A DNA stretch of 57,727 nucleotides, counting the filler, from Bipalium vagum (taxonomy: Eukaryota), in assembly GCA_037834085.1 (NCBI GenBank). It is 3 parts of 3 records of this genome, joined end to end, with 100 filler letters (N's around TTAATTAATTAA, not from the genome) between each part and the next. Parts side by side here need not be neighbours in the genome. Positions count along the whole stretch, not along the records: positions 1 to 23,593 come from JBBMKC010207487.1; 2 more parts are not named here. The stretch is one strand, 5' to 3'. Under the pieces are notes generated by a model. That model was not told the origin of the DNA. It was given only the letters and a program-made list of their open reading frames with translations, and searched no databases. Position 1 is the stretch's first letter; each line of letters begins with the position of its first letter. The position numbers and the translations under genes were made by a program. Positions 1 to 12,439 of this stretch are shown here, one piece after another.

Positions 1-1227
1 ATCGTTTTAAAAAGGACACTTTATAAAAATTTAAAAATTCAAAAATATGTTTAAATACTCACATATAATAATATCAATAACATTTAGGTATAATTTATTG
101 TGTTTTTCATGAAAGCAAAAGTTAAATTTTTGATTTTTCATTAAATAATATTAGAAATTTCTCTTTCTTGGAATTCTCAGAAAATATTGAAAAAAATTGG
201 AATTGTATAAATATTGTGGATTAAAAATCTTTTAATCTATCCTGTGTTAAAATGATTTGCTTATTAGATTAAGATTAGCGAATTAAAATATTCCAATTAT
301 ATTATTAATATAATAATAAACTGTTGCTAAACATTAATTATTTAATGTTGAATTACAATCCAATTCTATTCCTGAAAATTATTAATACTAAATTAAAATT
401 TACAAGCCTGATTCGGCATTTCCCTATTATTTTCAACATGAAGAAAGAATTTTTCTTTTATCGATTATCTATCTCCTTATTAATTTATGAAATATTTCTT
501 ATTTAAATTAAATTAAAGGTGGTGAAATAAAAAAATTTTTTTTTAATTATAAATAAAATTAATATATGGTATTTTTCTCTTTGAATTTCGCCATTTTTCA
601 TAATTTTATTTTTAGTTTTATTTTTAAAATATTTTTACTTAATTTTAATTTTCTATTCCTTTTTATAAGATTTTTTCTTATTTAAACTTTTTTTTTTAAA
701 AAACATTTATTTTCCGTTAGAAAATCAAGGTTTCATGTGAAATCTTTAAAAATTTTCCACAATGTTTAATCTATCGCAACTTTTTAAATCAAATTCTTTT
801 ATATCATTGAGCATGTCTCTGTCGAATGTTAAACAGTTTTCAAAAGTCGGTATTGATAATTACAAATTCCCCAGACATTACTTAGGGTCTTCATACATTT
901 TAGAGCTTTTCACTTCAGTCAGGTATCTACAGCAAATATTTTAGTTCCACTATTTCAATTATGTCTCTAATGTCGTTCGAAGATGTAAAATACTACTTTA
1001 TTGATTTTGAAATTATAAGTAGTCACCTAACCTTAATCCGACAAGACGTCATCAAAAGAGGGTTCGGCAAGCAAATTTGACTCTTTTAATTAACAAAAAA
1101 AAGAGAATGTGAAATTTTTGCAAATAAAAATATTCAAAAGGTTTTATGAACGAGGAATTTTTATATTTCTTGGAGTAAGGCACCATATTCTTGATAACAA
1201 TGGACAATTTATAATTTAATAATAATA

Positions 1228-1364
1228 CAGTGAAACCTGTTAATTTGGGCACCTCTAAATTGTGTTAATAAAATTTAAATATTGACTTTTGTTTTTATGG
1301 AAACTTTTATATTTTTGGCAAAATGTTTGGTATCAGTGGTGCTCAACATTGACAGGTTTCAATG
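1228..1364. mobile_element. ~135 bp Tc1/mariner-pogo type MITE, copy 1
   Basis: TIR CAGTGAAACCTGTTAATTTGGGCACC ... GGTGCTCAACATTGACAGGTTTCAATG, preceded by TA. The body aligns with the reverse complement of 40435-40564. Confidence 0.75.
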
Positions 1365-2939
1365 TTTATTGCTTAATATAGTTTCAAGACTTTTGGTTCT
1401 TTAAAAATTTGGTAAATTGGTAACATTGGTAATTGTCAAATGTTAGTTTAATAACTACAAACATTACCTTAAAATTTAATCAGCGGGGCTGACTGGTGTT
1501 GATCACAGTTTTACCCCTTCATGCACAAAAAACCTTATCCTATTTTTGTCAGTCTTCAAAATATTAAGATTTTAAAGCTTTTCTCACGGATATACAAAAG
1601 ATAACATAGATACAGCCATTAATTATATTAACAATGTAAATCTAAAAAAACTATTTATATCTCTTTTGCAAAAGAAATTCATTAGTCTTTTTGAATGTTC
1701 AAAAGAACAGTGGTCTCTTTTTTGTAGTGAGAAATTCCTTAAGAAATCAATTTTGTCAGATGGAAATATTTAAAGAAAATTTTAATATAAAAAGTAAAAT
1801 ATTTTTATCCATTATATATTATTATTTTTGTTATGATTGCTTACTTGTTTATCATTTTAATGCTCGACTTGCCATGGTAATTATTTTTATCAACGTTTCA
1901 ACTCATTATCAGCAAATTCTCCATATATTAACATAATAAAATGGAAATATGAAATGTAAAAGATAAGAGCAAACAATAACAAAAATGAAAATGAAAATTC
2001 GATAGATAGACGTCAAATATAAGATATATCATTTCTGCGTTTCCTTTGAAAAATCAATCAGAAAAATTTTTTGAAAACATTTTCTTTAACGATTTTTATT
2101 TATTCGAAAAATAATTTTAATTAAAATGATTTTTCATATTCTCAATAAGCAGCTATCGAAAACCCTTAGGTACGTTTCATTTTCAAAAATAAGGTTAAGA
2201 AGTATGTTAATTAAAGTTTGATCTCTGTCCGAAGGAGACCAAATGACATTTCAAAATCCAACAAGGTTATTTCAATATTAATGCAAGTTAACAAGTTACG
2301 AAGGTCATGCTCGTATCCACTTATATACAGAACTGACTCTACCACTTCAAAAAAAACTAGAGGGTGTCAATAAAAAAATAAGGACAACAGTGTAAAATAA
2401 TTAAAAAACTAAATATACTAAAAGATTTTACAATATCTTTTTCAGTCATGGTAATCAAAAATTTACTTCGTGACATTAAGAAAAGAAACGATTAATATTC
2501 TTCAGATGATTCAAGAATATTAAAAATATTTAATAGGTTGTTTGACATTTTTTAGCTCAATAAAGAAAAAGCACTGCTTAAAGATAATAATTTTGTTTAG
2601 TATAATATTCCTTAAGATCAATGTGCTACAATACATTTTCCAATCAGAAAATCCCATTCCTAAATTGATTTGCTGGAAAACTTTCGAAATATTCCACTCA
2701 TGTTGCTTCGACTTTATTTTTGAGAAAAGGCTTTCCATGAGGTTGTAAATATTTATATTAACAAATCTGGTCATAGAATCTGACTTCATGGAAATCTTAT
2801 TTTAGTACTTGTTACTAAGTAACACTATATACAAAACAGATTTTTTATTAAAAAGTAAAATTCGACATTTTGAACAATGAACAAATGAAAAGTGCCTTTA
2901 AAAAAAATTCAAATGATTTTAGAATAATTTTTTAAATAT

Positions 2940-3215
2940 CTCAAATATATCATGAAAATATTTTCTTTATTTATTTATATTTTCTCTTGACTTTTTATTA
3001 TTTTCATAGTTCGAAGCTTAATATATTTGAGGATTTGTGAAAATATTTTCCCTAGAGCGTAATTTGTCACCATTTATAATCAAGATATGAAAATTATAAT
3101 GTTCATTTAAAATTTCGTTTTTTAATTTCCATTTAAAAAATGATTTGATGGAGAAAGCGAATATTTTTCCATTCATTTATCAATAAATAATGAATAAGTT
3201 AGAAAAAGATTTTTA
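2940..3215. repeat. Left arm of ~280 bp imperfect inverted repeat (partner 5585-5863)
   Basis: For example, TTTGAGGATTTGTGAAAATATTTTCCCTAGAGCG...CACCATTTATAATC is the reverse complement of GATTATAAATGGTG...CGCTCTAGGAAAAAATATTTTCATAAATCCTCAAA. Confidence 0.8.
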
Positions 3216-4324
3216 TTCAAAGATGAATTATTCGAAAATAATAAAATTGAAATAAATACTCTGTACCATAACAAGTGGATTTAGTAAATTTCATTTTAAG
3301 TAAATTTTTCTTTTTAACTACAATAATTGACATTTGTTTTAATTTGAAAAACAAATTTTGAAGTGTCAATTCTTTGAAAAGACTAAATATTATTGCTTCT
3401 ATTTTCTTATGAAAGATTGTGGATTTAAATGAGAAAGATGAAACACAAATATAGTACGATTGAAGAATTATATCAAGCTTCAGATGTAAATAAAACCTAT
3501 GCCAGAAAATTTCAGGAAACATTTGTTGAGCTTGGCACATTTGATAGAAATTTTTTCTTGTTCATTGGTGCTCACTCACGTGTTTGTAAAATGAACCTAT
3601 AAAAATTAATAATTTTCCTGACAGTTGAACTACAATATGCACTACTATAAATTCGTTTGCTCAATCTCAGCAGTTAAACATCGTGGATCTTTCATTCTTA
3701 AAGTAAGCAGTGCCAAAAATCTGAGTGCAACGAAATGGATATATTACGGACTAATTTACAAGCAGGATTTTGGCTTACTAAGGAAGAAACAACTTCTTTC
3801 TTCGACAAACAATCTAAAAGCGTTAAACAGATTATTGCTTCAACAGGATCGAATGTAAATGTTACTCTTATTGTAACTACGAAAATTTACTTCGAAATGA
3901 TTAATATTTTTTTTCCTGTATATATTTGAGAAATAGAAATTTTCTTGGTTTTTTAATTTATAAATACTTCAAACGATAGTTTCTGTGAAGAAAATTATAT
4001 GTGGCGTACTAAAGGATTTTTTCATGGAGTATGATCATTAACAGCAAACTAGAGACAGGTGGATAATGAACTTCGTATTATTAAGGAAAGATTATCAAAA
4101 ATCCATGTGCAGATTGAAAATAGAAAAGATCATCAATGATTCAATTATCAAATTAATAAGTGAGAAAGAGTGACCCAAATTTAAAGAAAAATAAAAAAGA
4201 GAAAATCGAATTTCAAAAGGGTTTAGATCCTTCAAAGAAATTAATGTTAAAAGCTGTAGAACATGAAGACCTGAAAGTAAACCAATGGATGTGAGTGTGT
4301 TCTCTGATTAATTAAAAATATTAA

Positions 4325-5277
4325 TATTGGGTTAAGCTAATCATTTTTGAAGTTTTTAAATAATACCGAATATCTAAATTTAATAGATAATTATAATAGG
4401 TGTTAATCTGAAAATAGAGGAAATATTTGTCATTACATACTCTTCCAGTTTAACAGTGGTGTTAACATTACGGTCTAGACATATAATATCTACGTCATAC
4501 ATACCATTACTGTTCGTCAATATCAAAATTGATATAAAAGATTCGACCTGGAAGACATATCAAAGTCTGAGTTAACAACTGAGGTGGATGACGACATTTT
4601 CCTGACAAATATCGAATAAGCCTTCGTCAATAAACATATGGTTTGGTCAAACATTTGGCTGCAATCAAAAAACTATGAATCATTTGAAACCCATATGAAA
4701 ATCTGCAACCTTATTGGTTGGGTTCTGCACTATTCTCCAGAAAACAAACAGACCACTGTTTTGATCGCTTTTGAGATATGAAACTGGTTCTGGATTTCAA
4801 CAATGCACAAGATATACAATAGTTAAGCCCTAATCAAGCATCCCCACAGACAGGACCGAAATCTTAAAAAGGTGAAACCTGTTTTGAGAGACATGAATGG
4901 AATTGTACATTTGGAATTAAGTGAGAATCGTATAACAGCTTCCCGACATCTGGACTGACTAAATCAAAATATCAGAGTTCCTATAACTAGTAAGAAAGGT
5001 GTAAGAAAGATAGCGCAAAACAGGATACCTCTAGATTGACTCAAGATAAGATTAAGAAGTTCGGGTGTGAAAGTTATTATGGAGAAGAATGGCTTTTGAT
5101 CACTTATCTCCTCTTATTTTCATAATACCGAGATACAGCGTCACCTCAAAATATATATTAGTGAACATTCGCAATGAAGCAGAACCAGTAGCGTTTCAGA
5201 CCACTCAATGAATTGTGTTTTAGGATAAACTAAAGTTAATGTAGAAAAAGTTTAATTAATTATAAGCAATCTCAATA
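4325..5277 (+). mobile_element. Highly degraded mariner-like element
   Basis: Frameshifted fragments resemble mariner transposase (KKVKPV..DMNGIVHLEL; HLD.L). Possible decayed TIR starting TATTGGGTT. Boundaries are approximate. Confidence 0.45.
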
Positions 5278-5584
5278 ATAATGATGAACAAAAGATTTGT
5301 GAATTATTAACTGATAAAAAGCAAAAACCATAAATTAACATTCGAACAAAGGAAAGTTAAAATTTTTAACTGACAATTTTAAATAATCATCACTTAATAA
5401 AATATTTTAATTAATAATATCACCATCATTTAATTAAATTAAATATATAATATCAACGATTATTAGCTGATGAAAATATGAAAGAAGTTCCAAACATGTT
5501 TCATAATAATTAATGCTTACCTCAAAAAAATATCGATTTTATTCAGTTTTGATTATTATTTTTGAATGGTTAATTTAATGAAGA

Positions 5585-5863
5585 AAATTATCTCATTCTA
5601 AATTTTTTATTACTTATTGATAAATGAATGGAAAAATAAATAATCGTTTTCTTCATCCCATCATTTTTTAAAATCGAAACTAAAAAACAAAATTTTAAAT
5701 GAACATAATAATTTTCATTTCTAGATTATAAATGGTGATAAACTTCGCTCTAGGAAAAAATATTTTCATAAATCCTCAAATATTTTAAGCTTTGAGCCAT
5801 GAAAATAATAAAAAATCAAGAGAAAAATAACTAAAATAAAAATATTTTCATGACATATTTGAG
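5585..5863. repeat. Right arm of ~280 bp imperfect inverted repeat (partner 2940-3215)
   Basis: Reverse-complement similarity to 2940-3215 along its length. Confidence 0.8.
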
Positions 5864-7054
5864 TCAATAAGCCAATACGTTTATTTTTTTTAAATAAAGA
5901 AAATTTAATGAAATAAATCATTCTTGTTCATTTTTATTCCATTTACTAAAAAAATATTTTTTAAATATATTTATTTTATTATTTATTTATTTATCATGAA
6001 CATTATTAGCTAAATACCTTCCAAAAGGTATAAAGACGAATTTTGATTTAATTTATCCTACTTAAAAAATAAATAGAAAAATTAGAAAAATCGATAAAAT
6101 AAATTAATTTTTATCGATATTTCTTGTAAAATATAAATTAAATAATTTTAATATATTGATTTAATTTTTAAATCTCAAATAGAAAAATTTGGTTTCATTG
6201 GGAAAATATAAAACAAAAACAAACCAAAACTACAAAACTTATTTATCATTCTCCAACCGATTTTTAATTAATTAATTAAATCATTAATTCATCATTCCAA
6301 CACAATCAGGCCTTGATATATGTCAAGAATGAAGATTAACAATGAAGTGTTGATAAAAACAAAATACCATATTTAAAATATTTGATATATTTAACAAATA
6401 TAATGAAACTTCATTTTATTATTAAAAATAAATTATATCTGAAGACAAAACCAAACACCTTAATAAAACACACTAATAAATTTAAATTGATCAAAACACA
6501 TGGACACCTGAATGATCAAAACTTTTAATCAACCTACAATTGTTGGTTTTGTGAACTAAATTGTCGATTTCCATATTGTGAATTTTAACTGATTAAAAGG
6601 AAATAAATGCTTAAATAAATGCTTAATTTTTCTTAAAAAATCGATAGGAAATTTTTGTAAAGAAAATAATACAATAGTAAAAATAAACTTAAAGTCATCA
6701 TAATTAATTTTGCATCCATGTATAATTTTTTATTTTAAAAAGAAAGTTGATTATTTTGTTTTAATTTATTCTCATTTTCTATTACTTATCAATCAATTAA
6801 AAATCTCAGAGATTAATTATGTGAAATTAAAAATTTTGATATGAAATGTATTATTTTTTTTAATAATTTACTCTAAATTGTTTTAATTACTACTTTAATT
6901 TCTTAATTTGAATATTCTCTTTCATAAAAATCGTGGAGCATTTATAATCGGTAGTTAGTTCGCTGTAATCTCAATCGACAATTTATCATAAAAATTAATA
7001 TAATTGTGTAATGTACATTTACATTTAATTACATCATTTCCATATGTACGTATA

Positions 7055-7184
7055 CATTAAAATATCGTTAATTCGAAACGCGCGAGACACAAAAGTTTGT
7101 AATGAATTAACCGAGTTTATTATTATATATAAATGTCTTAACCGTTTTCGAATTAACCGAGCTTGAATTAACGAGGTTTCATTG
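7055..7184. mobile_element. pogo/Tigger-like MITE
   Basis: Imperfect TIRs CATTAAAATATCGTTAATTCG / GAATTAACGAGGTTTCATTG, with repeated subterminal GAATTAACCGAG. Confidence 0.55.
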
Positions 7185-7708
7185 CATATATAAAGTTTTG
7201 GAACATGAAAATATGAAATTGATCTCATTCACAGTTAAAACGAATAAATATTTAAAAATTAAACACCTTCAATATTGCAATATATACTCGGTGTGGATTA
7301 AAAGTGCTTAGAGTCATACAGAAACTAAAGGAAGAAGTCCATGAAATTTTCGTATATGATTTAAATTGAACTCTATTTAAAATTAAATTAACATTTTTCA
7401 AACATTTTAAAATAAAATCAAATGGAAATTAAACGAAATGGTTATTTTGCAATCATGTTTAAAACTAAGAGTCAGAAATAATATTGACATTAAAAGTTTA
7501 GGACCCCTTAAAATTAACGAGAAACTGAAAACTTGTAACCAATATTTTTAAAGACTATGACATTTCAATGAGATCTGTGCACATATTTTAACTTGAAAAA
7601 ATTGTGTAAAAATAATTTTATAGTTAACTTTTTCAAAATAATTTATATTCATTAAATTAACACAATATTTTTATAATAATAAAATATTAATTAATAAGAC
7701 ATTCAATA

Positions 7709-7886
7709 CAGTGGGACCTCTATATAACGACAGTTTTGCCGTTCCCGATGGGTGTCGTTATGAAGAGTTTTAACTGTAATGTTTAATTTTTATCCACTGG
7801 ATGATTATGCAATGAAAATTCATAAACCTCTATGTAACGACAGTTTGGCCGTTCCCGAGGGGTGTCGTTATAAAGAGGTTTGACTG
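7709..7886. mobile_element. Two ~65-70 bp MITE-like units
   Basis: CAGTGGGACCTCTATATAACGACA...TGTCGTTATGAAGAGTTTTAACTG (7709-7776, TA-flanked) and a near copy at ~7823-7886. Each unit is internally palindromic. Confidence 0.65.
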
Positions 7887-9319
7887 TAGTATTCATATTA
7901 GAGAAACATTTTCTTGTGTCCTAATTTTCATACTTTTTTTACTTTTATCTATCTTAATAATGATTTACACTCTTATTCCTTAACATATATAAAATTTTCT
8001 TAAATATATGAAATATTTCGAATCATATATATAATATAAAATTCCTAAATATATATGAAATATTATTAATCATATATAAAATATTCATAAGTTATTTATA
8101 AAAAAGTTAAGCACGTGTAAAAGTAAAGTGTATCATTTTCAGAAATTGCAAATTGAATTTTTATAGATTTTCTTTTTTTAATCTTTTATTTTCAAACGAC
8201 ATAATAAATATTGATGTTATATGGAAGTAAAAACTATTACAGGAAGAAGGGTCGTTTCAGAACATTTTAAAAATAGTAATGATAAAGTAAATAGACGCAT
8301 AAATAATTTCATTATATTTCAGGATAAGTACACAAGGTGGGAGGTTATTCAAAATTGAAAATTCCGGTTAAGAAAAATATATTTAAATTTATAAAATGTA
8401 ATTAGCTTGTTCGAAAGATTTTGAAATGATTCAAAATTAGAAGCGGAGAGTAAACAACAATTATAATTGGAAAAACAAAAGTAATAATAAAATTTTTCAT
8501 AAGGAAGAAGTAAAAATTGTTATCTATTTTATGAAATTATCACGATTTTTAATTCTTTTTTGACACGAAATAAGACAGGAAACCCTAAATTTTTAAGTTA
8601 AGAACATGATATAATATTGCATCGCTTATTTAGAAAAAATTAATATTTTCTGATTGTCCTGGTGAGAAAATAATGATAATCATTTTGTTAATCTTTTCCA
8701 TTGATTTTTAATATTTCCAATATCCTTGACATCGATCAACAATTACTAATAGTCTCACTTTTCGACATTCGTGGACATCAATTTAGCAGCTGAAAAAGCT
8801 TGATATACCAGTCTCTTTTCAAGGGTATACTGAGTGATGAAGATAAATCACTGATACATCGACAAATAATAATTTGGACGTCCATACATTACATTTGATG
8901 TGTACTAAGCATATTGAGGAAAAAATAATTCAAAATTGCTGGAAACATTATGGATGTCCAATTAACATTAATAAAATTAATCAACTCTCTTTGAAAGTAG
9001 ATCTTTTCTACTTCTTTAATTGTTTGTCAAAATTATAGTTTCCTTAATATGGATAAAGAAGCGATCAGGTTATAATAATATAATTAATAATAATTTTAAA
9101 CCGCTAAGAATTGAAGACTTATTTCATTATTCAAATGACAAATTAATAATCTCAACTTAAATAAATCACGAGTTATGCGCAAATAATTAATAATAATATT
9201 AATAATTTAATAGAATAAATATAAATAATGTCGGGTATTTCAATTCTATAGTCTTATAATTTTAAATCTATATTCCCATTGCTATATGTTTATATTTATA
9301 TAAGAGGTATATAACATTT

Positions 9320-10161
9320 TTGAATTATATTATTAGAATATTTAAACCTTATTCCCAGGGTATTTCGATTACAATGATAAGAAAAGAAAGAAAAACCATT
9401 ACCAAAGAAATCTTTGATATAATAAAAAACATGTTCCAAATCGAGAAAAATAATATTAATCAAATAGCACAGTGTAGGTGTTTGCATAGAAAGACAGTCA
9501 GCAGGCAGATAAAGCGGATCGAATTAGGGCTCGGATTTGAATCTGCATATAAAAAATTGAGCGGAGCATGTCAAGCTAAGAATGAAACTTTGAACGATGT
9601 GGAAATTACTATTCTCAATTCTTTTGCTAGAAATAATGCGAATACCCAAATTGAGGTGAAAAAATTGATTGCAGAAAAACACAATGTTGAACTGAGTAAA
9701 TCCACGGTTTGTAGAAAATGAAAAAGAAAGAGACTTACATATATTCCAAATGAAACAAATACTCCTGAAAGAATAGATGAAAGGGTAGAATATGCTACAT
9801 ATATCTCTAGAGATTATGATAAAAAGTTAGTTTTCCTGGATGAAACAGAGTTCAATGAACATTGCAAACTGTATTATGATTATGCTCCAGTTAATGAACC
9901 GCATATATTAATGTCCCTGCAAATAAAGGCAAAAATAATAATGTTATCGTGGAAATAAGTAATAAAGAAATAGTAATATATCAACAACAGGATATCCCTT
10001 ATAATAAAGTTTCATTTGAAGTTTTTATCAGAGACCACATGGTAACATATTTTAGACGAAATCCAATTAATATTCATAGGTCTCCCGAAGTCAAGCAACT
10101 TCTTTTAGCGAAAGGAATAGTTGATAAATATTTAACCCCCGTATTTCGCCATTTAATTTAA
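9320..10161 (+). mobile_element. Degenerate IS630/Tc1-superfamily transposase
   Basis: N-terminal HTH (IAQCRCLHRKTVSRQI; HNVELSKSTVCRK), then in a shifted frame KRKRLTYIPNETNTPERIDERVEYA...KLVFLDETEFN..YDYAP (first catalytic Asp), and IHRSPEVKQLL...KYLTP. Contains frameshifts and stops. Confidence 0.75.
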
Positions 10162-10403
10162 ATTTTTACTTCAGAACAAATATATAGAATGGCAACAACA
10201 AAATATTTTATTGAAATTTAAAAATAACTAAAATCAATTGAAGCCTTTCTAAGAGTAAATTATATGTTTACTTCATGGAAATTTACTAAACATTTTAAAA
10301 ATCAATAATTATTTATATTATTTGAGATATATAATTTTATATATTTTATTTATTTATTTATTAAGTTTCATTCATTACTTTTTCTCTAAATATTTCTATT
10401 TAG

Positions 10404-11243
10404 GTTACAAGTATATGGTTAACAACATTTTTATCTGTGGAAAGGTTCTTCATCATCTGTTATCCGTTTAAAGCCGAACGGTTTTGCTGTGTGAAATTTG
10501 CTTTCATTACTACAATAATAGTGAGTGCAGGCAGCCTCATTTACAATATGCCCAGATTTTTCGAGTATATCACCTGGTCCCAAGACTGGATGAATATTGT
10601 TCCAAAAAATTATTCAGAAATCTCAAACAGTCAAAATGTCTCCAATTTCCATTATGTAAAAATGCAATACATTTGGTATGACTTAAGTAATTTTGGAAAA
10701 AGCTCGTCGTTTAGGGTATGGTACACTTTATATTCATGGATAGTACTCGTTTTTCTGGGACCCATTATTATAATTGTTATTACAAACAGTCTTCTAATTC
10801 TGGAAATAAAGCGAGTCATTAAGAGAGCCAGACGAAATAATATTGTAACGGCTGATATCAATCAGGACACGAACATGATGTTTATCGGGATAATTGTTTT
10901 CTTTCTCATAACGCAAATCCCAGCTTCCATCAGTCATGCAATTTGGGCATATATGTCTCAAGATAAATTCCAGCAATGGCATTTCATTATTAATGAAATT
11001 GGAAACTATTTGATTATTGTAAATTCTGCAATCAATTTCGTTCCATATTGGTTTTTGAGCAAAAGATTTCGCAAGGATTTCAGAAACATGATCAAAAACG
11101 GCATCTGTTTTGATAGATCAAACGATGATTTTCTAAGGGTTTCAAAGGAGGTTGAACCTAACTCAAGATTTAGAAAAAGTAATAAAAATATTCGATGTAA
11201 TGGAACCGAGCTAAAACCCATTTTAACAAATGTTGATATGTAA
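10404..11243 (+). CDS. Terminal exon (TM3-TM7 and C-tail) of a rhodopsin-class peptide GPCR, FMRFamide/sex-peptide receptor-like
   Basis: Acceptor TTTAG|GTT at 10403/10404 gives VTSIWLTTFLSVERFFIICYPF. Motifs include YNMPRFFEY, TM5 LGP...N, TM6 FLITQIP and TM7 NSAINFVPY..SKRFR. The TM1-TM2 exon(s) were not found in the window. Confidence 0.88.
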   Translation, partial: VTSIWLTTFLSVERFFIICYPFKAERFCCVKFAFITTIIVSAGSLIYNMPRFFEYITWSQDWMNIVPKNYSEISNSQNVSNFHYVKMQYIWYDLSNFGKSSSFRVWYTLYSWIVLVFLGPIIIIVITNSLLILEIKRVIKRARRNNIVTADINQDTNMMFIGIIVFFLITQIPASISHAIWAYMSQDKFQQWHFIINEIGNYLIIVNSAINFVPYWFLSKRFRKDFRNMIKNGICFDRSNDDFLRVSKEVEPNSRFRKSNKNIRCNGTELKPILTNVDM

Positions 11244-11715
11244 ATGAAAACACTGTCCAATTTAGAAAGTGAATGATGATCATTAACCTGAATCTTTAAT
11301 GTCTCTGACTTTTGTTTTTTGTTGAGAAATTGTTTGTTTTTTTTACGTTTTTGTTTCAATTGAGAATGAAAATTATAAAAAAAATTGAAATCAATAATAA
11401 TATTAACAAAAGAAGAACTTTTTCTAAAAAAATGAATATCGTTTTGAAATTGCTTTAAAAAAATTTTCTTAAATCTAAAATTTAAATTAAATAAAATTTT
11501 TAAAAAAGGGGTAAGTATAAGGAAAATGAAAATAGCGATCACTAAACAACCTCAACTTTAAAAATATGAAATTTTTTAAATCTCAGTAGCTTGGTGTTGA
11601 TCAAAGTAATTTCTCTTCAATCTTTCAAATATGAATCCTAAAGGGTCTGGAATACTATAACAAATTATTATTAAAACAAATTATTAAATTATAATAATTG
11701 TTAGTGAAAATTAAT

Positions 11716-11787
11716 CGGAGATACCGGGATTCGAACCCGGGACCTTCACGTGCGCATGCACTGCTCTGACCGCTGAGCTACATCCCC
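11716..11787 (-). tRNA. tRNA-Ala-like gene, probably a pseudogene or tRNA-derived SINE head
   Basis: Minus strand reads GGGGATGTAGCTCAGCGGTCAGAGC...GGTCCCGGGTTCGAATCCCGGTATCTCC. It has A and B boxes, an intact D arm and T arm, and a G3:U70 alanine determinant. CGC sits at the anticodon position, but the anticodon stem does not pair and U33 is absent. Confidence 0.7.
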
Positions 11788-12439
11788 CGACTAATTATCA
11801 ATTTATCTCACAATAATAATATAATTTCTATATAAAAATACCAAGATTAATAATAATAATAATAATAATAATAATTTTTTTTAATCTTTGGTGGTCTAAT
11901 TTTGACAATATCGAATGTCGATTTTCCAAGATTAGATTAGAGTCCATAATAAGGGTATGATTTAACAATATGTGTTTAAATTAATCGTCTGATTAGTATA
12001 AAAGTCTTTGGAATTCTCAATGGCCTGCCCAAAATTTAGAACATTTTTTGAATATTTACCATCAGAAGAATCGTTATTGTGAAAGATTTGTTGTCAGAAG
12101 AATTCAGAAATCGTCAAATAATATTTACAAGGTTTTATTATGTCTATTATTATTATGGAACAGGAGCCAGCGATGGGTCCTGCTCTGTTAGGCACTTATA
12201 AACGTACCGGTTGGGGCTCTTCTAACGACCCATCGTTAAATAAAGCGGTGAGAGTTCGGATCATTTTTCTTATTATATTTTTTCATGTTTACTTTATTAA
12301 ATTTTTACAATTTGAATTTCATTTCATTATATTTGATATTCATTATATTATATATTCCTTTTAATATTTTTTGATTGTTGGTGACATTTTTGTGAATTGG
12401 GATCGATTTGTTCATTACTTTATTACTGAAGGAGACAGT

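Noticed and set aside
324-3929. Short ORFs of 60-107 aa in AT-rich DNA, and similar ones throughout the window
   Set aside because: F/I/K/N-rich chance ORFs, many starting at TTG or GTG, with no domain signal.
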